Source of the DNA: a virus
IMG/VR virus record: IMGVR_UViG_3300019487_000015
Span: 1 to 35,540 of that record
DNA length: 35,540 nucleotides
Direction: 5' to 3' (one strand)
The notes beneath the pieces are model-generated. The model made no database searches. It was not told where the DNA came from and was given only the letters and a program-made list of their open reading frames with translations. The translations under genes were made by a program, and so were the position numbers. Shown here one piece after another: positions 15,219 through 23,027 of the stretch. Within the stretch, counting starts at the first letter, position 1; each line of letters begins with the position of its first letter.

Positions 15219-15765
15219 AATCACTAAACTCCATTAAAGTCTGTTTACTACGCTTAAACCCGAATTTTTCAGAGTGCTTAGGACATCGAGTTATCCAATA
15301 AATCCTATCGAGTTTTGCACCATTTTTTACTTCAATTGCTTTGTCTATCAACAACTTGACTGCTTTGCCGTTTCCCCAGTATTCCTTGTCCACAGAGAAG
15401 GTATTTATCACCAAAGAATTCGTCAGCACGTCGACCACCATCCAAAGGACGCCCTTAACTCTATTGGATTCGTCTGCAAGAGCAAAAAGAAGGTTAAACG
15501 GATTGATCTCAAACCCTAATTCTGCTCCCTCATTTACGCATATTTCCTCTTGGAATGTGTAAAACCTCTCAACCGAGAATTCCCTGTCCTTAATCTGCTC
15601 AATATATTCCCTAGGAATATGTACTGGGTCATATATTCGTACCCACCTTAATTTTTTGTGCAAAGTTTCATCAGTTTTCAATTTCTTTACCCAAATATTG
15701 AATATATCCTCTGAATCCACCAGAAGCAGCAAGCGGCAAACTGGTTGATACAACACCTGATCCAC
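15088..15765 (-). CDS. GNAT-family N-acetyltransferase (start codon uncertain)
   Basis: ...LVINTFSVDKEYWGNGKAVKLLIDKAIEVKNGAKLDRIYWITRCPKHSEKFGFKRS has the x-x-G-x-G-x-A acetyl-CoA loop after a beta strand and a C-terminal ..FY/F..GF.. element. The frame overlaps the upstream gene by 95 nt if the GTG at 15765 is used (a TTG at about 15682 is an alternative). It overlaps the downstream gene by 131 nt. Confidence 0.65.
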   Translation of the reverse strand: MDQVLYQPVCRLLLLVDSEDIFNIWVKKLKTDETLHKKLRWVRIYDPVHIPREYIEQIKDREFSVERFYTFQEEICVNEGAELGFEINPFNLLFALADESNRVKGVLWMVVDVLTNSLVINTFSVDKEYWGNGKAVKLLIDKAIEVKNGAKLDRIYWITRCPKHSEKFGFKRSKQTLMEFSDYGELSERNISRNPGKTSGINRSDDVGAEEISCKDSQQVGTAVD

Positions 15766-16213
15766 ATCTTATTATCGATCCTTGCGTAGTATTTGGTTCA
15801 CAGCGCCAAACAAGGTAAGTATTTCCAGAGCCAAATGTATTTGCTTGTGCAGATTCAAGAGTTCCAATCCAAGGAGAGCCACTACTATTAGCTGCTTGAT
15901 ATGGCATCAAAATTGCTGCACTTCCAGCACCTGTATGAGCTGTCCAAGCTATGTCCATCCATAATTCAGTTAATATTCCTGCTCTTCTTATCCACCCAAA
16001 TTGCCTCGAATAGGTTGCCGTGCCTGCTGTTCCAGTCCCATATACTGTTGGAGACCATTCTCTTATTGAACCGTTTACATTCTGTGCGATGTCTTGATAC
16101 ATGTCAGTTAAAGAAGTGATCAGATTAGCGTTGTATTTCTTGGCAGAATCAATATCTCCGGCTCGAAGTAACTCTGGGTCCAAAGGGAATACAATATCTG
16201 TTGGAAGCGTCAT
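15671..16213 (-). CDS. virion structural protein, 180 aa (function unknown)
   Basis: It starts immediately after the nozzle-like gene stop and lies within the structural block. I recognise no motif. Confidence 0.55.
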   Translation of the reverse strand: MTLPTDIVFPLDPELLRAGDIDSAKKYNANLITSLTDMYQDIAQNVNGSIREWSPTVYGTGTAGTATYSRQFGWIRRAGILTELWMDIAWTAHTGAGSAAILMPYQAANSSGSPWIGTLESAQANTFGSGNTYLVWRCEPNTTQGSIIRCGSGVVSTSLPLAASGGFRGYIQYLGKEIEN

Positions 16214-18205
16214 CTACCCACCTCCGATAATACGTTTTCCAGAAGGTCTAAACCACGGCATAAATCCACTGAAGTTGAGAACATCATTAGTACCAGTGTT
16301 TGTAATTTTTATATAATGCTGATATCCCTTTCCCCCTGCATAAGCTCTTTTCCAGCATTTGGTGTTCTGGAAGGGTCTTCGCACAATCTGCCCACCTGAA
16401 ACATAGGCTTGAAATGCTGTTCCATCAATTCCATCAAGCGTAAAGTTGTCTTCATCTATTACTGTGACTGTGTAAGGGCCTCCACTTACATCACCTGCTC
16501 CTTTCACATTGTAGATATATATCTGTTCCCCTGTTTGTAGACCATTGCTAGGAGCCTCAATTTGTACAGGATTGGAGAGTGTGACGTTGATTATGTCAGC
16601 AATAAAACCTAAGTTAGGCAGACAGTTCAGAGTTTGTGATGTATATGGAAAATCGATGTCATCTGCAAAGAAGTCTACAGTAAATTCTGTGTCCATATCA
16701 GCATCGACATAAAAATCCACATATCCCATTTGAGCTTGAATACCTTCTTCTTTGTAAGGGTTCCATCCTGCACTTTGTAACTCGAATGCGATATCAGCGC
16801 CCATATCATCGCCACCAGACTCGAGCATGAGGATGCGGCCACTTTGGTCTCCCCCTAAAAAGATCTCTGTATTGTCTTGGAAAAAATAAGATTGCCAAGT
16901 TTCATCGTCAAAATCTTCGAAAGAAAAATCTCTATCGCCTGTGAAGTCATCAAATGCGAGATCCTGGCTAACCTCTGCATACCCCAAACAGCTAAGATTT
17001 GTCCCGTTAGTTTCGTCGAGATCTGTAGTGTAAACGCTGTAGATAGACCAAGCCCCTTCTTCATCTGTTCGGATTAAGGCGTAATTTGACGTTTCTGCTT
17101 CTTGTTCTGGGTTGAGATTCTCGATTCCAGAAGGGAAAAGAGTGAATGATCTTCGATTTGTGTAATTTCTCTCTGAATACATTCTATCGTAGAAAGTAGC
17201 ATTGACCTGAGTCATCATGAAGTTATCAATTTTGTGGTCTATACGTTGAACTTCTACACGATCGCATGCTGCGATACCGCGCTTACCAAAGCCAATAGAG
17301 AAACGATCGTGCGCGATAGTAGAATAAGGAGCATCACAAGCGCGATAGCTATTAATCTTAGTCCATCTGAAGGGCTGCGCTGGATCTGAAACAGGTTCTA
17401 TAGCCCATACAGAATTTGTGAAAAAAACAAGTATTACGTCTTGTAGCTGTTTTGCAGAAACGATTTGATCCGAAGTTGGTGCATCTACAAAACCGCCATT
17501 ACCTGGTTTTACTTCATTCCAATTATCGCCAGAGGCAGCAGGATTAAGTGGTCGAGACCACCTCATTCTCTGTGCATAGTTCGTTCCTGTGCCGACTGGT
17601 GGCGTACCCGCTGGAAACGTGGTAGACTCCACTGTATTTAAAACAACAAGTCGTTCCCGAAAGGCGAAAATGAATTGGGCGGCGATTACATAATTGCTAA
17701 TTCCGTCAGGATTTGTATTAGGGACAAAAACACTTGTTGTCGCTCCAGTCGTAAACTGCCTCATAGACGATATTGGAAGCGCAATATCGCCGTTAAAATT
17801 GGTGAAAAAGTATGTACTAGTAGAGAAAGCCTTTGTTTTCCCATACCCAACTCCCGAAATGAAAGAAGAAGGAGTTCCATCAAAAATATCTGCTGTATCC
17901 AGAGGATCAAATTCTTCTGTTCCAGTGTTGTAGATTGCTGCTCTTTTTGTGTCAAAAATAAGTAGCTGGAGCGTGTTGTTTGTATCTACAAACGTCTTAA
18001 TTCCCATGATTGGATTTGTAGGCGCTGGATCGTTGTCGTAAACCATTCGACCGAAAAATTCCATACCAGCACGCTTAGATACCATCCCATGCTCAATGAA
18101 ACCATTGAGCAGCACTTGAAAAGCATCTTGAGGAAGTATCCAAGGTTGTACTTCTGTGTCAACACCCGTCCGAAATTGGGAGATTAGGTATGGTTGATAG
18201 CTCAT
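16214..18205 (-). CDS. tail tubular protein B / nozzle-like protein with an inserted E1-FCCH-like small beta-barrel domain, 663 aa
   Basis: The N-terminus LISQFRTGVDTEVQPWILPQDAFQVLLNGFIEHGMVSKRAG parallels the T7 gp12-type ISQ..GG.SQQP...P.Q....N......G..KRP opening. Aa ~540-610 (...NPVQIEAPSNGLQTGEQIYIYNV.G...V.GGPYTVTVIDEDNFTL.G.D.TAFQAYVSGGQIVR) repeat the domain found in the decoration protein. Confidence 0.6.
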   Translation of the reverse strand: MSYQPYLISQFRTGVDTEVQPWILPQDAFQVLLNGFIEHGMVSKRAGMEFFGRMVYDNDPAPTNPIMGIKTFVDTNNTLQLLIFDTKRAAIYNTGTEEFDPLDTADIFDGTPSSFISGVGYGKTKAFSTSTYFFTNFNGDIALPISSMRQFTTGATTSVFVPNTNPDGISNYVIAAQFIFAFRERLVVLNTVESTTFPAGTPPVGTGTNYAQRMRWSRPLNPAASGDNWNEVKPGNGGFVDAPTSDQIVSAKQLQDVILVFFTNSVWAIEPVSDPAQPFRWTKINSYRACDAPYSTIAHDRFSIGFGKRGIAACDRVEVQRIDHKIDNFMMTQVNATFYDRMYSERNYTNRRSFTLFPSGIENLNPEQEAETSNYALIRTDEEGAWSIYSVYTTDLDETNGTNLSCLGYAEVSQDLAFDDFTGDRDFSFEDFDDETWQSYFFQDNTEIFLGGDQSGRILMLESGGDDMGADIAFELQSAGWNPYKEEGIQAQMGYVDFYVDADMDTEFTVDFFADDIDFPYTSQTLNCLPNLGFIADIINVTLSNPVQIEAPSNGLQTGEQIYIYNVKGAGDVSGGPYTVTVIDEDNFTLDGIDGTAFQAYVSGGQIVRRPFQNTKCWKRAYAGGKGYQHYIKITNTGTNDVLNFSGFMPWFRPSGKRIIGGG

Positions 18206-18846
18206 TCTCCAGGACGGCCTCCTATTACTACAAAGCCAAATCCTGCATCGCTTAAACTTCCAGAAGAGTTGAAATTTCTAACGCTAAATCTATCTGTTTC
18301 TTGTTCATACACGACACATGTTCTTTCCGAATTGCCACCACTGGTAATGATATTGCATACAACCGTCCAATTCGAAGAGCTTGACATATCTTCATCAAAA
18401 AATACTGTATAGTCCCCTGTAGAATTTTTCTGTGCACTATCAATATTAAATGCACCACTTTGTATTGTCCCAGAAGATGAAACACGGCCTGCCGCGCTGA
18501 TCATTGCATCTCTTGTGTATGCGAATTCAGATGTATCATTTAAGATGATCTCATCTCCATAGAGAGTTTGCCCAAAAAAACCTATCCCACCATCCCTAGT
18601 CAATCTAGTGACCAATGCAGGATCCCTGTCGTCCATGTAAAATAGTTCCGAACGACCACTTCCTCCTGCCTTAGTATAAAGCCAACCATACCCTGTTTCT
18701 CTGGCATGGTCTGCACCTTGTAGTTGTAGCTTTAGAAAATCGTAGGGAACTCCACCGGTTTCAATGGCATCCCAGTTTGCTCGCACCCCAGCAGGGTCTA
18801 AACGTATCTTTGTATTGTTTGCTGGAAAATCTTTGTTCCAAGCCAT
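18202..18846 (-). CDS. tail/fibre-like structural protein, 214 aa
   Basis: It occupies the position of an adaptor/tubular-A-type gene upstream of the nozzle-like gene, with an ATGA-type overlap. The C-terminus is a beta-rich domain (GDYTVFFDED...WTVVCNI...FSVRNFN...GFGFVVIG). Confidence 0.5.
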   Translation of the reverse strand: MAWNKDFPANNTKIRLDPAGVRANWDAIETGGVPYDFLKLQLQGADHARETGYGWLYTKAGGSGRSELFYMDDRDPALVTRLTRDGGIGFFGQTLYGDEIILNDTSEFAYTRDAMISAAGRVSSSGTIQSGAFNIDSAQKNSTGDYTVFFDEDMSSSSNWTVVCNIITSGGNSERTCVVYEQETDRFSVRNFNSSGSLSDAGFGFVVIGGRPGE

Positions 18847-18854
18847 TTGTCACC

Positions 18855-19727
18855 TCAAAACATTGGTAGTGCGCGTGTATTCAATAAATTCTGCACAGTG
18901 CGCGTTAAAATATAGGAAACTTGCTCTTTATAATTTAATGTAAGTTCTGCATATCGCTCCATTTCACCAAACTTCATGACAATATTTCTAGAAGCTCCAT
19001 AGGCAATGCAAAGGCCCCATTCTTCTAGTGTAGGAGTGTCCGTAGCTTGTGTGAGTGGCTCTGGTATCTTGTATGCTTTGATTCTCGCCCTGTACACCGT
19101 ATCCGGTACGGGATAGAAACGAAATTTATTATCGTAATTCAAAACCGCTGTTGGTCGTCCAGGCATGATCTGTTCGAAACTTAAATAGATGATCTGCCCG
19201 TCAGCTGGAGCTGTAAAAAAGTTGACATCGATCTCACCTGTCAAGTAATTCACCGTTCCAGTACCACCTAAGGTTCCCACGAGAACGCCATTTCCATCAT
19301 CATTGAAATTCTCTGTGTTATCGGTAACAAGGACAGATCCCGCAAGGATTTGTGGAAACTGAACTGTAGTGGAAAAATTTGTGGTTGTTCCATCGCCTGT
19401 CCAAGGAGTTTGGCGACTTATTTGCTCAGGATTTTCACCAAAGTAAAGCGTTGGATCCTGATAATAGAGGAGCGGCATGAGATCTAAGTAGAAAGGCGGT
19501 TCTACGTTAGTGTAAGTAGAATTCGGGAGATCATACTCTTGCTGATTAGCTACAGTCTCGAACTCATAATACACGTGTTCTCGCTCAAGCTTTACCTCAG
19601 CAGGAAAAATAAATTGATAATAGTTGTTGATCTCAGTATCAATTTCCTGTGTCGAAAGCTCATTCGAACTCAGCCTCCCAGTAAGCTGACGAACTTCGTT
19701 GCGAATGTTTGAGAGTGCCCAAGGCAT
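18855..19727 (-). CDS. head-tail adaptor candidate, 290 aa
   Basis: It lies between the capsid module and the tail-tube genes. The N-terminal ...IRNEVRQLTGR...S..EIDTEINNYYQ... is reminiscent of podovirus adaptor proteins. This is a call from memory, not a search. Confidence 0.45.
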   Translation of the reverse strand: MPWALSNIRNEVRQLTGRLSSNELSTQEIDTEINNYYQFIFPAEVKLEREHVYYEFETVANQQEYDLPNSTYTNVEPPFYLDLMPLLYYQDPTLYFGENPEQISRQTPWTGDGTTTNFSTTVQFPQILAGSVLVTDNTENFNDDGNGVLVGTLGGTGTVNYLTGEIDVNFFTAPADGQIIYLSFEQIMPGRPTAVLNYDNKFRFYPVPDTVYRARIKAYKIPEPLTQATDTPTLEEWGLCIAYGASRNIVMKFGEMERYAELTLNYKEQVSYILTRTVQNLLNTRALPMF

Positions 19728-19742
19728 ATGATCCCCTAATTG

Positions 19743-20075
19743 TTATGCGAATAGCTGCCGGCATTGAAACCTTGGTTTCCATCCCGATAATTTTTTTACC
19801 ATGCTGCCTAAACCATCTGGTTGGTATTTCCAGATAGGTGTTTGCCTACTTTCAAGGTGTTGAATTACTTTTCTCGGCAATGTGTAGGTTCCACCATGCA
19901 TGAGTGTATAAACTTTATAATCTCTTGTCGTTCCGTAGGGAAACTTATTCATCAGTCCTGGCTCTTCCAGATTATAAAATTCAATTTTCACTTCTTGGTC
20001 GAGCCACTCTTTTTCTTTTTCGCTCTTTGGCTTTAGAAGCTCATTTGGTTTATCAAAGTCATTTTTCTTACTCAT
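19743..20075 (-). CDS. hypothetical protein, 110 aa
   Basis: The SD AAGGAAAAAA lies before the ATG at 20075. The ORF sits within the structural block. Confidence 0.55.
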   Translation of the reverse strand: MSKKNDFDKPNELLKPKSEKEKEWLDQEVKIEFYNLEEPGLMNKFPYGTTRDYKVYTLMHGGTYTLPRKVIQHLESRQTPIWKYQPDGLGSMVKKLSGWKPRFQCRQLFA

Positions 20076-20092
20076 ATTTTTTCCTTAATGAA

Positions 20093-20120
20093 GGCGGGGA
20101 ATTACCCCCGCCATTTTTTT
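20093..20120. terminator. GC-rich hairpin after the capsid and decoration genes; the T-tract is on the + strand side
   Basis: GGCGGGG (20093-20099), a 6-nt loop, then CCCCGCC (20106-20112), followed on the + strand by A-TTTTTTT (20113-20120). Read on the minus (coding) strand it is A7-hairpin-UUCAUUAAGG. Confidence 0.55.
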
Positions 20121-20712
20121 AGGTCACTGAATTGCCACCTCTGATGACAGCCGACATAGCGTCATTATTAGAGCCATATACGCCAGAGCCCAGAGTAACA
20201 CCTTCAATAGCGAAGTTCTCTGTTGCAACTGGATTACCATTTGAATCAGAAACTCTAGTAACAAACCCACCTGAAACATAGACGCTGTATGTTGGCGCCG
20301 ATGTGTTTTGAGTAAGGGTGATTTGCGTTGAAGTTACTGAGGCTACAGTGAATTCCCCGTTTAGGGAAGTACCAGAACCATCATCAGCAACGGCCGATAC
20401 CATAATAGTATCTCCGGCTACGATCCCCACTTGGGAAATATTTGAAGCTGTTATCACACCAGGGTTAGCGTTGGTAAATCCAGAAATGGATGCACCATAT
20501 ACACTACTTTGGGACAACGGTGTAAATCCGTTCGTACCAGTGTACGCGCCAGTGTCAACTCTCATATAAGAACCATCCGGCATGCCGGTATTCCAATAAA
20601 ATTGAGCACCTGCGGTTCGGTTAGTGACGGTGATTTCGTCAACTTCAAATCCCACATCTAGGTTTCTCACTGCACCAGCACTGGTCCAGCTCATAGTTTT
20701 CATTTGTGCCAT
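20119..20712 (-). CDS. capsid decoration / head-fibre protein with an E1-FCCH-like domain, 197 aa
   Basis: It lies directly downstream of the capsid gene. Aa 78-154, GFTNANPGVITASNISQVGIVAGDTIMVSAVADDG.GTSLNGEFTVASVTSTQITLTQNTSAPTYSVYVSGGFVTRV, fits the ..ANPaVVT...HG...Gd.V.i.gV.GM.eLNG..ftV..vt..tf.L...T....y.sGG pattern. Confidence 0.6.
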   Translation of the reverse strand: MAQMKTMSWTSAGAVRNLDVGFEVDEITVTNRTAGAQFYWNTGMPDGSYMRVDTGAYTGTNGFTPLSQSSVYGASISGFTNANPGVITASNISQVGIVAGDTIMVSAVADDGSGTSLNGEFTVASVTSTQITLTQNTSAPTYSVYVSGGFVTRVSDSNGNPVATENFAIEGVTLGSGVYGSNNDAMSAVIRGGNSVT

Positions 20713-20722
20713 GTTATCCTCC

Positions 20723-21664
20723 TTATGCCGCTGTGGACATTAAGTTGATCATGAACGCATCATTCAAAATACGTGACACGAACGGATGCTGCCACCCGAC
20801 TGTACCGCGCTGATGAAGTGGGTCAGCAGAACCTGCAGAACCGAGTGGTTCAATGTAGAATTCTCCTGTCTCAGAACCAAGATGCACGACTGCATAGGCT
20901 TCTTTTCCAACGATGAAGTTGTTATACACAGCTGGGCTAGCAGCGGATACGCTACCAACAGATGTGTAGAGCCACCTTACGTTGCCGGTTGAACCCCATT
21001 CTGCATCCAATACAGTTTGCTGTGATGGATACTGAGATGTAGGTACAAATTCATCGATAGATTCAAGATCATTAAGTAGATCCGTATCGATATAACCCCA
21101 GAAACTCGGACGAATTGGAGCCGTACCGAAAAGGTTAGCACCAGTTACCACTTCAGAAATCATTTCAGCGTCATTTCCAAGAAGCGTTCTTACAGCTCCT
21201 GCAATGTCGTCGTATGTGAGTTCTGTTGGGGTGTTTCCGTTAGTGCCATTAGAACACTGGAGCACTGATGATGTTGATGCAAGAACATCTCTCGTGACTT
21301 CATCCATTGTTTGACCAAGGTTTTGTGCAAGGAGTCTTGCCGACTCGTTCAACACGCGATCTTCAACGGTGAGTTCAACTTGGTTTGTGATCATCACAAA
21401 GTTACCATAGAAGTCTACTCGTGCTTTAATATCTGTTGCACTAAGAGCAGCTCCAGGTGGTGTAACTCCGTCTACAAGAGGCACAGGCACTGTTGCGAGA
21501 CGGTTATATCGTCTAAAGACGATGGTATCCCCCATCTTTCGTGGCAGCATACGTTTTTGCGCAAACTTTGTATGAATGAGCGTTGGATATGCTGTCATCA
21601 GAAGCAGGCGATCATAGTAATCGCGCACTGCGGGGGGAAGAACTGACACAGTAGTAATTGTCAT
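20723..21664 (-). CDS. major capsid protein (N4-gp56 / HK97-fold family), 313 aa
   Basis: The N-terminal ...VRDYYDRLLLMTAYPTLIHTKFAQKRMLPRKMGDTIVFRRYNRLA.VPVPLVDGVTPPG...I.A.VDFYGNF matches the conserved opening of N4-gp56-type capsid proteins as I remember them. It follows a scaffold-like gene. Confidence 0.8.
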   Translation of the reverse strand: MTITTVSVLPPAVRDYYDRLLLMTAYPTLIHTKFAQKRMLPRKMGDTIVFRRYNRLATVPVPLVDGVTPPGAALSATDIKARVDFYGNFVMITNQVELTVEDRVLNESARLLAQNLGQTMDEVTRDVLASTSSVLQCSNGTNGNTPTELTYDDIAGAVRTLLGNDAEMISEVVTGANLFGTAPIRPSFWGYIDTDLLNDLESIDEFVPTSQYPSQQTVLDAEWGSTGNVRWLYTSVGSVSAASPAVYNNFIVGKEAYAVVHLGSETGEFYIEPLGSAGSADPLHQRGTVGWQHPFVSRILNDAFMINLMSTAA

Positions 21665-21680
21665 TTGTTAATCCCTTTTT

Positions 21681-22343
21681 TTACATGAATCCCCTGTTCT
21701 TATTCGCAAGCTCCATGAAGTCTTTATCACTCATATTCTTGTAGTTACTACCAACACCACTTGAAACGGACGATCCCATGGACGACAAGTTGCCAGCCTT
21801 TTGAAGGTTTTGAACGGCTTGTTGTACTTCTGGGGAACGCGACATTTTTCTGTTGTCTTGTAGATAGCTGTCAGAACGCTTAGCTAAGTGATACGCCGCC
21901 TTGTAAGGGTTGGGCGCATTCATGATTACTTCTTTAAGATCAGGGTCGTTTTTTAAAACTTCTGGTAAATATTTTCTGACCACATCATTGTAATCTGGAT
22001 TTGCTTGAGCCATCTTAAGTTCTTCTACAGCAAGTTCTTGCTGTTTAGTGAACTGAGAAATGAACTTTCTGGCTTCTCCAACAGTGAGAACATCACTGTC
22101 TGATAAACCTTCTAGATCTTCCGGCTTTGATTGAGGCTTTTGAGTATTGGCCTGCATCAAAGACAGATGGTCTTGCATCATCTTTAAATTTTCTTGAAGT
22201 TGTTGTCGCTCGCGTCGTTCGGCTTGCAATGCAGATAAAGGAACAAGCTGTTCCTGTTCTGATTGTTGCATTGACTGTTGTTGCGATTGGTCAGTCTGAA
22301 CGGCGGCTTCAGTAATAACGCCCGTCTGAGTAACACTATCCAT
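21681..22343 (-). CDS. scaffolding protein candidate, 220 aa
   Basis: It is Q/E-rich, with coiled-coil-type sequence (QQSMQQSEQEQL...RRERQQLQENLKMMQDHLSLMQ), and lies immediately upstream of the capsid gene. The SD is AGGAGAGAG. Confidence 0.6.
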   Translation of the reverse strand: MDSVTQTGVITEAAVQTDQSQQQSMQQSEQEQLVPLSALQAERRERQQLQENLKMMQDHLSLMQANTQKPQSKPEDLEGLSDSDVLTVGEARKFISQFTKQQELAVEELKMAQANPDYNDVVRKYLPEVLKNDPDLKEVIMNAPNPYKAAYHLAKRSDSYLQDNRKMSRSPEVQQAVQNLQKAGNLSSMGSSVSSGVGSNYKNMSDKDFMELANKNRGFM

Positions 22344-22407
22344 ATTGGCTCTCTCCTAATACGCCCTTTTTCTTTAATGGCAGGCAAAGAAACGATGGCG
22401 GCTCGTT

Positions 22408-22767
22408 TTAATTGTATACGTATGCAGTTGGTATGGACGTCTCATAGACATCGCATCCACTTTGCTCTAATCCTAAAAGTTCAAAACCAAATGGTTTATC
22501 AGGCATGTTGACTTCCCATTTGATTTTTCCTAATTTGTTGTCTACTTTGCCAATGATCATGCCCACTTGGCTTCTTGGCTCAGTAAAATATGGTTTTATG
22601 ACCTTCAAACATGTGGGTTTCCCATCTACTTTCCACTTGCTGGGCTTTGCAAATATGACAATCCAGTATGGTTCTTTCATATGCGAGTACTCAGAAAGAA
22701 TTTTCTCGATCGCCTTTTCATCTGCCTCTAGTATGGCTTGTGTGGTTTCCCCTACTTCTTGCTTCAT
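22408..22767 (-). CDS. hypothetical protein, 119 aa
   Basis: An ORF between the portal and scaffold genes. I recognise no motif. Confidence 0.5.
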   Translation of the reverse strand: MKQEVGETTQAILEADEKAIEKILSEYSHMKEPYWIVIFAKPSKWKVDGKPTCLKVIKPYFTEPRSQVGMIIGKVDNKLGKIKWEVNMPDKPFGFELLGLEQSGCDVYETSIPTAYVYN

Positions 22768-22778
22768 GTCATATCCCC

Positions 22779-23027
22779 TTAGTAGTCATAATGAAATGCT
22801 TGCTCTGGGGTTCCCCTATAATCGGAATCCTCATATCGGACTCGACTGATGTCATAATTTGGAGCTGGGTTTACTTGCATTGGCTTAGAAGCATGACCCA
22901 TGACACCGTTCCCTAAAGAACCAGCTTTTTCGACGTTTAGAAAACGGTCGTTATGAGCTTTTCCTGGGTAACGAGCATCCATTTTTGACTCCATAGGAAC
23001 CTTATTAGGGTGGTATGGCTTTGGCAT
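22779..23027 (-). CDS. hypothetical protein, 82 aa
   Basis: The ORF overlaps the portal 3' end by 23 nt. I recognise no motif. Confidence 0.45.
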   Translation of the reverse strand: MPKPYHPNKVPMESKMDARYPGKAHNDRFLNVEKAGSLGNGVMGHASKPMQVNPAPNYDISRVRYEDSDYRGTPEQAFHYDY

